A stretch of DNA of 62,364 nucleotides, the filler included, from Sanchytrium tribonematis (Eukaryota): assembly GCA_018985235.1 (NCBI GenBank). It is 14 parts of 14 records of this genome, joined end to end, with 100 filler letters (N's around TTAATTAATTAA, not from the genome) between each part and the next. Parts side by side here need not be neighbours in the genome. Positions count along the whole stretch, not along the records: positions 40,536 to 43,574 come from JADGIG010000924.1; positions 43,675 to 46,712 come from JADGIG010000925.1; positions 46,813 to 49,848 come from JADGIG010000926.1; positions 49,949 to 52,983 come from JADGIG010000927.1; 10 more parts are not named here. One strand, given 5' to 3'. Below, in pieces: positions 42,062 to 52,676 of this stretch (position 1 is the first letter of the stretch; every line of letters begins with the position of its first letter). The notes beneath the pieces are model-generated. The model searched no databases, had not been told where the DNA came from, and saw only the letters and a list, made by a program, of their open reading frames with translations. The position numbers were made by a program, and so were the translations under genes.

Positions 42062-43482
42062 ATGCAACAGCAATTTGAACAATTAAAAAAGACTTTTGAC
42101 AGCCGAGCAACTATGGACATCAAGTTTCGAAAAGAGCAGCTTAAAAAATTTATCGACATGATGACTAATGAACAAGAGGAGATCGAGAAGGCTGTTTATC
42201 AAGACTTGAAAAAGCCAAAAGCCGACGTCGCTCTAAATGAAGCATTGCTTATCATCAACGAAGCAAAATTTGCGATACAAAATTTAGAACAATGGTCAAA
42301 TGTTGAATATGCGGAAAAGAAATTGACTAACATGATGGATACCGCATATATTAAGAAAGACCCTAAGGGTGTTGCACTTATTATTGCTCCGTGGAATTTT
42401 CCCATACAATTAGCCTTAGCTCCTTTTGTTTCTTTGATTTCGAGTGGGTGTGTTGGAATTTTGAAGCCTAGTGAAGTTTCGTCACATACAAGTGCTTGTT
42501 TGAAGCGATTGTTTGATAAATATATGGATCCTAAATTTTATGCAGTTGTAGAAGGTGGTGTAGACATTACAACAGATTTACTGAAACTGCCATTTGACCA
42601 TATTTTCTACACCGGAAACTCTCACGTTGGAAAAATTGTGATGAAGGCAGCTGCTGAAAATTTGGCAACAGTCACGTTAGAATTAGGAGGTGCTAATCCT
42701 TGTTTTGTTGATGATACCGTAGATTTAAGGATTGCGGCAAAACGAATTGCATGGTTGAAAACTAATAATTGTGGTCAAGTTTGCTTAGCTACAAATTATG
42801 TGTTCATCAAAGAAAACCTTATCGATTCCTTTGTTGCAGAATTTAAAAGAGCATTGACAGAAATGTTTGCAAATGGTACTCCTTCTGATTTGGCTTTTGA
42901 TATTCAGAAAAGTGTGGATTACCCCAGAATTATTAATTCACGTCATTTTGATAGAATTGAAAATATTCTGAAAAAAATTCCAAAAGATAAGATACTTTTT
43001 GGAAATGTTTTGGAAAAGAAGGATTTATACATTTCTCCCACAATTGTGGAGGCTTCTATGAATGATAAATATATAACGGAGGAGCTGTTTGCTCCAATAC
43101 TTCCCATCATACCAATTTCTGATTTTAACGAAGGCATATCATTTGCAAAGTCTCAGTATTTCATAATTCATTTAGGCCAAAACCATTGGCAGCATATGTT
43201 TTTTCACACGATAAAGCACTCCAAAATCAGGTATTAGACAATATCTGCGCTGGAAATACTATGATTAATGATGTTCTTATGCATATGGGCTATTTGACTT
43301 TACCTTTTGGTGGTTGTGGGAATTCCGGCCAAGGAAGCTACCATGGAAAGTTTGGGTTTGACCAATTTACTCATAGTAGAACGGTATTGCATCGTCCGAT
43401 TATTGATGAGCCTATAATGAACATTCGCTATCCGCCACTTACAGAATCTAAGGTCAATTGGTTGAATTTTCTTTTAGGTTAA
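42062..43482 (+). CDS. HFD1: fatty aldehyde dehydrogenase (ALDH3/Hfd1); exons 42062-43155 and 43176-43482
   Basis: IIAPWNFP, LKPSE, FYTGN, TLELGG, GQVCLA, EELFAPILP; spliced SQ|PKPLAAYVF; LPFGGCGNSGQGSYHG. Confidence 0.93.
43156..43175 (+). other. 20-nt spliceosomal intron GTATTTCATAATTCATTTAG
   Basis: GT-AG; removal restores the conserved PKPLA-YVF motif. Confidence 0.9.
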
Positions 43483-43676
43483 AGTAAATTGAACGATTCA
43501 GAATAATTTATTGCTTTAAAAACAGCATCTCCACCAAGATTTTTTGGGTTCACTAACTTTTTCCTCCTCTACCTNNNNNNNNNNNNNNNNNNNNNNNNNN
43601 NNNNNNNNNNNNNNNNNNTTAATTAATTAANNNNNNNNNNNNNNNNNNNNNNNNNNNNNNNNNNNNNNNNNNNNAA

Positions 43677-43967
43677 AATGGCATATTTAAAGACGTAGAA
43701 ATCAAACAAGGTGAATCTTTTTTATTGCCCTCTTTAATGCCACATTCTCCTCAAAGAACACCAAATTCATTGGGATTGGTGATTGAAATGGAACGACCTC
43801 GTGATTTACTAGATGAGTTAAGATGGTATTGCAAACAATGTAAGCATTTAATGCACTCAGAAAACGTGAGAGTGAATGATTTAAACACGGATTTGATTGG
43901 ACCCATCAAGAAATATACACAAAATGAACATTCTTGTGAGAAATGTGGTGAATTGCATCAATATTAG
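43677..43967 (+). CDS. BNA1: 3-hydroxyanthranilate 3,4-dioxygenase, C-terminal part
   Basis: IKQGESFLLP, PHSPQR, GLVIE, LRWYCKQC, CEKCG rubredoxin-like site. Confidence 0.92.
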   Translation, partial: NGIFKDVEIKQGESFLLPSLMPHSPQRTPNSLGLVIEMERPRDLLDELRWYCKQCKHLMHSENVRVNDLNTDLIGPIKKYTQNEHSCEKCGELHQY

Positions 43968-43985
43968 TAAAATGAATTCTTATAT

Positions 43986-44804
43986 TTATTTGCTTCTGGA
44001 GCTACTTTTTTGATTTTTATTACCGAATCGTAGATAATTGTTTCCAAACTCTTTAAAATTGTTTCCAATAAAAATTAAACCTTCTTTCCAAGATTTTAAA
44101 ACTTGCACAAAAGGTTGACTTTTTTGAGCTGGATCCGCTACTGCATAAATGATTATGGAACAAGCAACAATGACGCCCAGTGACTCTGTTGCTTCTGATT
44201 GAGTCCATTTAATAGATGTCGCGTATCTCACAGCTTCCGGAATCGCAATTTTCAAAAATTTATAAGTACAGTAAAGCAGCACGATTGTTGCAGGTGTAGC
44301 TACCCCTCCCCTAAATTGAGCCAATTGAGCATTGGGAGAATGAGTAGCTGTACTAACAGTCGATGACTTTCTCATTCTCTTCTTCAAAGTGTGACCTACT
44401 ACCACTCTGTCCACTTGAGTCAGAATTGCTTCAGCTTCCTGCATAACTTTTTTGTTGCTTTTGATTAAATATAAGCGATCTGCCCAAAACTCAAACAATT
44501 GAGCAATCAATTCTTCAGATGCACTCAAATCAGGCAATTCGCATAACTCAAATCTCCCACTTTGGATGCATTCATGTAATTGCGTGGCATCGATCTCATC
44601 AATTTGAGGATTTTCCATCTTAATTTTGTCCATTTTGTCAATTTTGTCTATATCATAAAGATTCAAATCACTTGATTCTCCCGTTGATCCCATTGATCCA
44701 AATTTAGGAGGGAGAGCATCAAAAGTAGCGTTAGATAAGTCAGATGACTCAATCGCCACAGAAGAAGCTTTTCTTGCGAACATTGAAATGATCAAAAACA
44801 ACAT
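43986..44804 (-). CDS. secreted or membrane lineage-specific protein
   Basis: MLFLIISMFA start; two C-terminal hydrophobic segments. Confidence 0.6.
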   Translation of the reverse strand: MLFLIISMFARKASSVAIESSDLSNATFDALPPKFGSMGSTGESSDLNLYDIDKIDKMDKIKMENPQIDEIDATQLHECIQSGRFELCELPDLSASEELIAQLFEFWADRLYLIKSNKKVMQEAEAILTQVDRVVVGHTLKKRMRKSSTVSTATHSPNAQLAQFRGGVATPATIVLLYCTYKFLKIAIPEAVRYATSIKWTQSEATESLGVIVACSIIIYAVADPAQKSQPFVQVLKSWKEGLIFIGNNFKEFGNNYLRFGNKNQKSSSRSK

Positions 44805-45029
44805 TGTGCATTGCAATACATCGTGATTCTATTTATGTCTAATCAAACCAATAAAGCGCATTAAAAATGGGTACAAATATCCCCCCTGTTAAATTGATGA
44901 CACAAGAATTTTCAAAATGTTTCAATTTTCATACATGTCATCATGTGCCATCTCATTGCAAATAATGACTTGATTATGACACCATCATTGATATTATAAC
45001 ATCCAAATGCATTTCATGGCACTCTACAA

Positions 45030-45455
45030 ATGATTCACTTTGTTATTCTATTTACATTTGCCATGTATGTCAATAATCCATTTAACAATTTGAATATGAG
45101 GATTAAAGCAGAAATAGAAACAGATATGAACATTGTCATTCAAGAGACAAATGATTTCATAAATACGAGAGTAAAAGAGGATCATTTGAATGAATTTGAT
45201 GCATTTACTAAAATAGTGAATGGAAATAAGAATCTTGCCATTTTAGGGTTCTTTTTAGAAGTATATGATCATATGAATGACTATTTAGATGAAATTTATC
45301 ATGTAGAAGCCAAATTATTGCTAAAATCCTACTACATTGCATTTTATGTCAGACATTTCATCGATGAATTAGAATCAATTGTATATTACATACAAAATGA
45401 TGAATCACAATGGATCCAAGGATTTATCATCAATTACAATACATTAATAAAATGA
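45030..45455 (+). CDS. small secreted helical protein
   Basis: MIHFVILFTFA signal-like start. Confidence 0.55.
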   Translation: MIHFVILFTFAMYVNNPFNNLNMRIKAEIETDMNIVIQETNDFINTRVKEDHLNEFDAFTKIVNGNKNLAILGFFLEVYDHMNDYLDEIYHVEAKLLLKSYYIAFYVRHFIDELESIVYYIQNDESQWIQGFIINYNTLIK

Positions 45456-45456
45456 T

Positions 45457-45663
45457 TTATTCTTCTCTTCTATAATCCTGCCATTTCGATTTACAATGTT
45501 TAAATGCCATGAAATAATCATAACAAGCTGATTTATCTGTATTATTGGTTAATGCTGCATCTAGACACTTGAGAGATGCATTTCTTTGAGGTCCACAAAA
45601 TTGATGAAGATTTTGAAGAGATTGTTTCATTGGGGGCATCAGATGATATTTAGACGTCGTCAT
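45457..45663 (-). CDS. COX23: twin-Cx9C mitochondrial protein Cox23
   Basis: C-x9-C ... CYDYFMAFKHCKSKW. Confidence 0.78.
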   Translation of the reverse strand: MTTSKYHLMPPMKQSLQNLHQFCGPQRNASLKCLDAALTNNTDKSACYDYFMAFKHCKSKWQDYRREE

Positions 45664-45825
45664 TTGTTTTACTTGGCGATGTTGGATGTGATTGGGGGAA
45701 TGAAATGGGATAATTCACGGTGACAAGTGAGGCAAAGCATCTCCAAACCATTGCCAAATATGATGTCATAAATGGCAAATAAATGTCATCAAGTCTATAA
45801 AAGTCACTTGCTTCAAAACATTGAA

Positions 45826-46182
45826 ATGTTTGTTTTATTGATGATCTTATTTGCAGAATCATATCAAGTCTATTGCTATCACAAACAAGTATATATCGAG
45901 GGATTTAAAATGACTAAAGATGGCAAATATCGTCAATCTTTCCCAACATAGGAATTCACTCAACATCATAAAAAACATTGGTGGTCTAAAAAAATAGGCG
46001 ACTATTTATTATTAAGCATGAAGCAAGATGAATGGCAACTAGATTTGGGATATTTAACACGAGATGATTTAAACACGTATTTTCACAAGGAAGAATTGAT
46101 TCAAATCCCTGTGATTCATAATAAGCAATCTCAATTTAAGCACAAGGATTGGAAATGTACTTATACATTTAATATTGAATAA
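45826..46182 (+). pseudogene. small secreted protein, paralog of 46257-46625, with an in-frame TAG at 45949-45951 (not in the ORF track)
   Basis: MFVLLMILFA..YCYH..SFPT*EF..EWQLDLGY..SQFKHKDWKCTYTF aligns with MFVFAILLFA..KCYY..DFPELN..KWVLESGY..SQFIIGDWKCDYLF. Confidence 0.7.
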
Positions 46183-46256
46183 AATAAGTTTTATTTGACA
46201 CGTGGCAAATTAGTGGCAATTTGTCATTTATAGATCCATTTTTGAAATCTCCTTGA

Positions 46257-46625
46257 ATGTTTGTGTTTGCCATTTTATTATTTGCAGATTTGTGCGAAAT
46301 GAAGTGCTACTACAGAAATGAGTTTATAAAAAGGAATTTGGTGGGAGATAAAGAGAAACCAAAAAACTTGAAGATGGATTTCCCAGAATTAAATATTGAT
46401 AAACAGGTCACTCCAACACGATCTAACCATCATATGTTATTTCAAAGACTATTTATTAATTTAGAAGGTGGGAAATGGGTATTAGAATCAGGATATTCAA
46501 ATAATTATCACGATTTTATTCAGCAACTTGAAACTCAAATTGATGTGGATTTCACTAAATCGTCTCAATTTATAATTGGTGACTGGAAATGCGATTACTT
46601 ATTTATAGATATGAAGAATCATTGA
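46257..46625 (+). CDS. small secreted protein (beta-rich, WKC motif)
   Basis: Signal-like start; similarity to the upstream paralog. Confidence 0.65.
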   Translation: MFVFAILLFADLCEMKCYYRNEFIKRNLVGDKEKPKNLKMDFPELNIDKQVTPTRSNHHMLFQRLFINLEGGKWVLESGYSNNYHDFIQQLETQIDVDFTKSSQFIIGDWKCDYLFIDMKNH

Positions 46626-46925
46626 ATAAATATTGGCAAATAACACATCTAAAATATTGCCATTTATTGCATCATTTGGCTACTTTTGACATCATTTGAC
46701 ATTGCAATCACANNNNNNNNNNNNNNNNNNNNNNNNNNNNNNNNNNNNNNNNNNNNTTAATTAATTAANNNNNNNNNNNNNNNNNNNNNNNNNNNNNNNN
46801 NNNNNNNNNNNNAAAAATGAAAGTTGTATTCAGGAACATTGAACAATGATATTGAAATTTTGGGAGTTCTAGAAATTATTTTATCGTGTTTCGTCGGCAA
46901 ATGCTTGTTATCCCTTGTTTTAAAT

Positions 46926-49443
46926 ATGGCTTCAATAAAAAATCCAAGCACTTCTATACACTTTTTCAATGACGCATTGAATGTGATTAAGCTTAACGGT
47001 GCCACTATAATGAAACTTTTGGAACAGGAGGACTATTCTAAATCCGTAGCACTCAAATTGTTACAAACAGCCAGTGAATTATTTCAAGTTCTTACCAATT
47101 CATACCCACCAAAGCCCTATTATACCTTATTTAGTGAGATACAACTATATATTCAGCCATTGCAAATGTATTTAGTTGATTATCAAAAATATCAACACGA
47201 TTTAGAAGACATATATGAACTCGTGCAGTATGTGCCGTTGGCTTTACCTCGTTTGTATCTAATGGTCACTGTTGCCAGTTCTATGTCTATCCACAATCAT
47301 AAATACCCTTCTAAAATTGCAATATCTGACAAAATAATCATCGAGGAAGTAATGGCAATGTCAAAAGCAATTCAGCATTCAATAAGAGGGTTGTTTCTTA
47401 GACATTATTTAAGTATTAGCTTCAAGCATTCTTTGGACTCTACCGAGGGATTCGATATGGCAGATAAAGTACAATTTATTATAAACAACTTGGTGCAAAT
47501 GATTATGCTTTGGATCAGGTGGCAACATCACGGTTACACTCCAGATGTTCGTCAAGATGAGCGTCAGCAATTAACAACTTTGATCGGAGTTCACTTTCAG
47601 AGGCTTACACAATTAAATTTTGGTATTGAATATTATTCAAGTTCTGTTTTACCATCCTTACTCAACGAAATAGTCAATACTCAGGATGATTTGGCACAAG
47701 ATTACTTGTTGCAAGTAATCATGGATGGGTTTCCGATCAATTTTCAGCTGGCTACATTACATCAAGTGTTAGCATCTGTCGCGAAATGCAAAATTAATAT
47801 TAAAAAGACAATATTGACCATGCTAACAACATTTACTCACAGATTTTCTGAACTTAAGGAAGAGGAAAAAACATTAAATCTATTTGATGTGTTTTGGCCC
47901 CAAGTTGACCAAATTATGAAAAATCGTAATGATGTCTCAGCTTTAGACATAAGCGAAATTAATTTAGCTATGTTCCGCCTTGTAGTAGCCTTTTATCCCA
48001 AAGAAACTGGCTATTTGACTAGTGTTGTGGCAGGACTTATCAATTATTTGAAAGATAGACAAATCGAAATTAATGTGTGGGACAATTTTTCTGATTGCAT
48101 AAAATTATTGATTGATGATTTTGGCTTCGACGTGATGTGCAAGTTGACAGTGGAACAGCTCCTGGATGCTTTTCCAGTAAGACATCAAATGATGATTGCC
48201 ATTTGCATCATTCACAAATTAAGCGAATCTCCGAAAAAGTACGTCATATCAGATTCTGAAAAGCTGACAAAATTTTTACTGCTAACTAAGTCTCTATTCA
48301 ATAAGCGACCGGAGCTTCCCACCAGCGATACGATAACGTTCTGTAGATTTTTACATAAGATTGGCAACGAGAATATAGATGTTCATTTCATGGTATACGT
48401 GACTCATTTAGCTTCTTTCTACTATTAGAAAATTTATTATTGAATCCAGTCATAATAGACTTAAATTTACAATACCGGCAATTGTACATTTGAGTTTTCA
48501 ATTATCTCGAAGGTATGCTACTGCTGAAGATACATCCAAATTTAATGGTGTTTTTAAATTCATACATCAACTTATTGCAATTTTGGTCCACCAAACACAA
48601 GAAACTCAATTAGCATTCGGTGCCACAAAGGTGGAAGACGAATATGAGTTGCAATGTATGAAGCTTTATTTAGATGCCGCTAATGAAGCTTCTCAATGTA
48701 AAATGGAAGAGATGTCGTACGAAATGTTTGTTCAGTCATTTACTGTTTATGAAACACTCATTTCCGAATCAAGATCACAATACGCCGCACTATTGGCTAT
48801 GATCTCAAAACTATTTCAAGTTCAACTAATTGCAGATAGCTATGATAATTTGACAACCAAAGTCTGCTTATATGCTCAAAAATTATTGAAGCGTCAAGAT
48901 CAGTGTCGCTGTTTACTTCTAGCTTCCCATTTATTCTATAAACCAAACTTCAAGGATAGTAAGAAAGTATTGGAGCTTCTTCAAAAGAGTATAAAAGTCG
49001 CAGATTCTTGTATTGACCAGACTACAAATCTAGAGCTTTTTGTGGAGATATTGTCAAAATATGTCTACTTTAAGTTTAAAAGTTGCGATACCATCACTGT
49101 CAAGCAGATAACTGTCTTGGTAAACCTAATCTCAACAAATTTGAAGGAGCAAGTTGAGGTCTCTCACATTCCAGTTAGACCTCAATCATCGATAATTTCG
49201 CCCCTTCTTCTTGGAAATAGTCTTTACGGATCACCTTTGAGTGTTCAGCTACCAAGTAGCCTTGCCAATTCAGAGATGTCAGGTCTCGATCAATTTGCAC
49301 AATGGATTCTGATTATAAGGCACTTTAAGAACCTACTCGTTGCGATGCAAGCGGAGAAAGATTTGGATGGAGTTGCAATCGATTCAGCAATCACTATTGC
49401 AGATCAAACGCTGCTTCTTTTAAATTCGAAAATTAGTAAATAA
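46926..49443 (+). CDS. VPS35: retromer subunit Vps35; exons 46926-48392 and 48412-49443
   Basis: PKPYYTLF, IYELVQY..ALPRLYLMVTV, IRGLFLRHYL, LLKRQDQCR, KVLELLQKSIKVAD; spliced HFM|LLSTIRK..RLKFTIP. Confidence 0.93.
48393..48411 (+). other. 19-nt spliceosomal intron GTATACGTGACTCATTTAG
   Basis: GT-AG; removal joins the two Vps35 frames. Confidence 0.88.
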
Positions 49444-49563
49444 TGACTCAAGCCCACATGTAGCAAAGTGTGGTGCAGCCAATCAAATTTATTCGATTCT
49501 TCTAGAATCTAACAGATCAATAAATTCTGGATTCTAGATGTAACATGACAACATTTCCAATTT

Positions 49564-49848
49564 ATGAATTATTATGAGATACTTGAGGTCCAAGAATCTG
49601 CATCAATGGAAGAAATAAAACAAAATTATAAAAAATTAGCACTAATTCATCATCCCGATAAGCACAGTTGTAAATCGAAAGAAGAGCAGGAACAGAATAT
49701 GGAGAAATTCAAAAAGATTACCGAAGCATTTGAAATCCTGTCAGATCCATGTAAAAGAAACCAATACAATGAAAAGAAAAATCAAAATTATTCAGTGAAT
49801 GGATTTGATTTGCATAATCCGTTCGATATATTCCATCAGATGTTTGGA
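49564..49848 (+). CDS. DnaJ/Hsp40 J-domain protein (3'-partial)
   Basis: NYYEILEV, YKKLALIHHPDK, FKKITEAFEILSDP, NPFDIFHQMFG. Confidence 0.93.
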
Positions 49849-49948
49849 NNNNNNNNNNNNNNNNNNNNNNNNNNNNNNNNNNNNNNNNNNNNTTAATTAA
49901 TTAANNNNNNNNNNNNNNNNNNNNNNNNNNNNNNNNNNNNNNNNNNNN

Positions 49949-50487
49949 AAGGCGAGCTGTGCTACACAAGTAGATTGGGATATTGGATTAATAAGGGTTA
50001 TATTACGGCAAATCAGGTAAACGACGACATCCAAAAAGGCACAAATCCTGGAATACCTTGTACGGATTGTTCAAAACAGATGATTCTTTACGAAAAGAGA
50101 TATGATTCTTTAACTAATGATACTTTTTCTGATAAGATATCATCTGTGGCAAAAACTACCTGCGGTGGTAACTTTTTCGACAACTTTAATGTTGATTATA
50201 CGAAATTGAATGGTATTCAAATCATTGACAATACAAATTATAGTCTAGTCATTGGGCTTAGCGTGGGTTTAGGAATTCTGGCTCTGATAACAATTCTAAC
50301 TTTGTATTTATATCGTAAAAAGGCCAAAAAGGTTAAATCAACTGTATTCAGCAGATTAAGTACCAGTCAAGCAACTTTCTCTGAACCGCAGTATACGCCA
50401 TCATACGTCAACTCGCATAGTAGGAATACTTCGAATACGCTTAGTGACTCGGGCTTGTCGGATTATTACGTTTCCAAACCATACTAA
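49949..50487 (+). CDS. single-pass type I membrane protein, C-terminal part
   Basis: Cys-containing ectodomain end, LVIGLSVGLGILALITILTLYLY-RKK, Ser-rich tail. Confidence 0.65.
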
Positions 50488-50526
50488 CAAAGTAAATAAT
50501 ATTTTACTTATGGTAAATTCAAGAAA

Positions 50527-51909
50527 TTACTTCAAAATAGTTTTAACTACGCTTGCCACATCTAAATCACAAAGGTCAGGGTAGTTTTGCCCAATTCCAA
50601 CAAATAAAATAGGTCTCTTTGACAAATAAACCAAATTGATTGCAGCACCTACTAGGTCATCAACAGTATCAAATTTGGTCAACAAGATAAAATCAATTTG
50701 CCGATTTGCTCTTTGTTGTAAAATACCATTGAACTTATTTAGCTGCTGGATTGACTCATTTCCCACCAAGGCCTCTCCAACAAAAACAATAGAGTCGATT
50801 GGATTAATTTTGACTAGTTTGGCTAATGATCTCATTAAAGGCTCGTCATCTTGCATTCTACCAGCGGTATCAATCAAAACTATATCAAAATTGTTTTGAG
50901 CATACTCAATAGCATTTTTGGCTACTGTGGCGGCATCTTTTGAATATCCTTGTTGATACAACTCAATTTTTGTGTCAAATGTATTTCCAAGTCTCTGTAC
51001 ATGAATGTTTAATTGTTCTACAGCCCCAGATCTAAATGTGTCACAAGCAGCGATAAGAATACTTTTTTTGTTCATTAATAGCCAGTAGCATATCTTTGAT
51101 AAATTTGTAGTCTTACCAACACCATTGACACCTACGAATGCCATTATAAAAGGTTTACCTGGCTGCATTAATTCGAGAATATTGGTATTTTGTTTGGGTT
51201 GAAGGATTTTTTGCAGGTATGTGGTCGTCTCTTTTATTATAACCTGCCATACAGATTCAAACCTGCCGACTTGTTGGTTGACTAGTTTCTGTTCCAAATG
51301 TCTGCATAAATCGTTTGCAATTTCTTGAGCAATGTTCTTTTTGACAAACAAAGAATTTAGGTCCTGCAATAGCTTCTGAAGATCTGATTCGGTGATTCTT
51401 TGAGAGCCAGAAAACTTACTAAACCATTTTCCAATTGATAATTGTGTGTTTTCTAATAGTTGGGTCCGCATTGGTATGACTTCCACTTTATCATAAACAG
51501 CTTTCTCATCTTTACTAAAATCCAACTCATCTTTAGTTGATACAGTTTCTAATGTTTTCTTTTTACCTTTTGGCTTTTTTTTATTAACCTTAGGTTCTGG
51601 AACCTCAGAAAGTTTAATCAAAAATGATTTTAGTGATGTATCAAAATTATCAGAGGGAAATTCTTGCACTGCGAATTGAAATAAATCTTCCTTATTTTCA
51701 AACTCGTGGCTCTTATGATGACATATTATCAGCACATAAGGATCATAAAAGAAGTGGAATATTTGATAGTCGTTATTTTCGTACTTGTATTCGTCGTATA
51801 AACAATTCAAATAATCATTTACATAGTTATGAATTGATGTGGGATCAAATGGAATGTATTCGTACAAACACTGACCATTTTGATGAATTATTAAAAATCC
51901 ATCTAGCAT
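50527..51909 (-). CDS. SRP101: signal recognition particle receptor alpha
   Basis: MLDGFLII longin start, GVNGVGKTTNLSKICYWL, ACDTFRSGAVEQL, DTAGRMQD, TKFDT, GIGQNYPDL. Confidence 0.96.
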   Translation of the reverse strand: MLDGFLIIHQNGQCLYEYIPFDPTSIHNYVNDYLNCLYDEYKYENNDYQIFHFFYDPYVLIICHHKSHEFENKEDLFQFAVQEFPSDNFDTSLKSFLIKLSEVPEPKVNKKKPKGKKKTLETVSTKDELDFSKDEKAVYDKVEVIPMRTQLLENTQLSIGKWFSKFSGSQRITESDLQKLLQDLNSLFVKKNIAQEIANDLCRHLEQKLVNQQVGRFESVWQVIIKETTTYLQKILQPKQNTNILELMQPGKPFIMAFVGVNGVGKTTNLSKICYWLLMNKKSILIAACDTFRSGAVEQLNIHVQRLGNTFDTKIELYQQGYSKDAATVAKNAIEYAQNNFDIVLIDTAGRMQDDEPLMRSLAKLVKINPIDSIVFVGEALVGNESIQQLNKFNGILQQRANRQIDFILLTKFDTVDDLVGAAINLVYLSKRPILFVGIGQNYPDLCDLDVASVVKTILK

Positions 51910-52026
51910 TTAAAACAAGGATTTTTTATTTTTCTCAATGCACAGGAAAATTTAAAAATTTCTTTGGACAAACTCATGGGGCACGCTCTGTGGAAAATAA
52001 AGTACGAGAAAATCTTCATTCCGAGT

Positions 52027-52301
52027 AAAGTGTTTACCCATCCAATTCCCCCCGGGGGGACTTGTAAATCTCAACCAAATAACCTGTTCAATTCCTCGGG
52101 GGGAATTGAATGGATTTTAATAAATTTATTTGAAAAGCCAGAAGTATTGGTGTAATAATTATTAAGAAAATATGAAGAGCAGATTGATATGAGATAACAT
52201 ATATTAATTTGAGGGGGGGAATTGTATTTTTATTGCCAAAATCCTATTCAATTCCCCCGGGGAATTGATCAGGAGGGGGGAATTGGATGGGTAAACACTT
52301 T
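52027..52301. mobile_element. MITE-like non-autonomous DNA transposon, 275 bp
   Basis: Perfect 27-bp terminal inverted repeats AAAGTGTTTACCCATCCAATTCCCCCC (52027-52053 and 52275-52301); internal CAATTCC/GGAATTG copies. Confidence 0.8.
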
Positions 52302-52676
52302 TAATGTTATATACCTGGGTTTACGTTGTGAAAGGTAAATGAATTGATTGCACTGAAAACAAGACGAGAGATATTGCTTTACGCTACAGTATCAATACTA
52401 TGAAGTAAAATTATTTTTGAAAAACAAATTACAGTATATATTAAATTTACGGCGAAATGGGACACGCTCTGTGAAAACTAAACTAATGAAATCTTGATTT
52501 TCTATGAATTCAATTTAAAGTTTTTGACGCTATTGAACCTGAATTCAGTTTGTTAATTGTTTGTTGCAATAAAATATTCATTTTTTTCAGAGTTAAATTC
52601 CCAGTCTGATTTATAAAATGGATAGATAGTCCAGCTTCCTGGCAAGGGACCACTGTCGAAACAGGACAAAAATACC

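Noticed and set aside
4596..49443. Programmed ribosomal frameshifting or pseudogenisation as the cause of split housekeeping ORFs
   Set aside because: Each break is resolved exactly by a consensus 19-20 nt GT-AG segment whose translation is not homologous; there is no shared slippery site.
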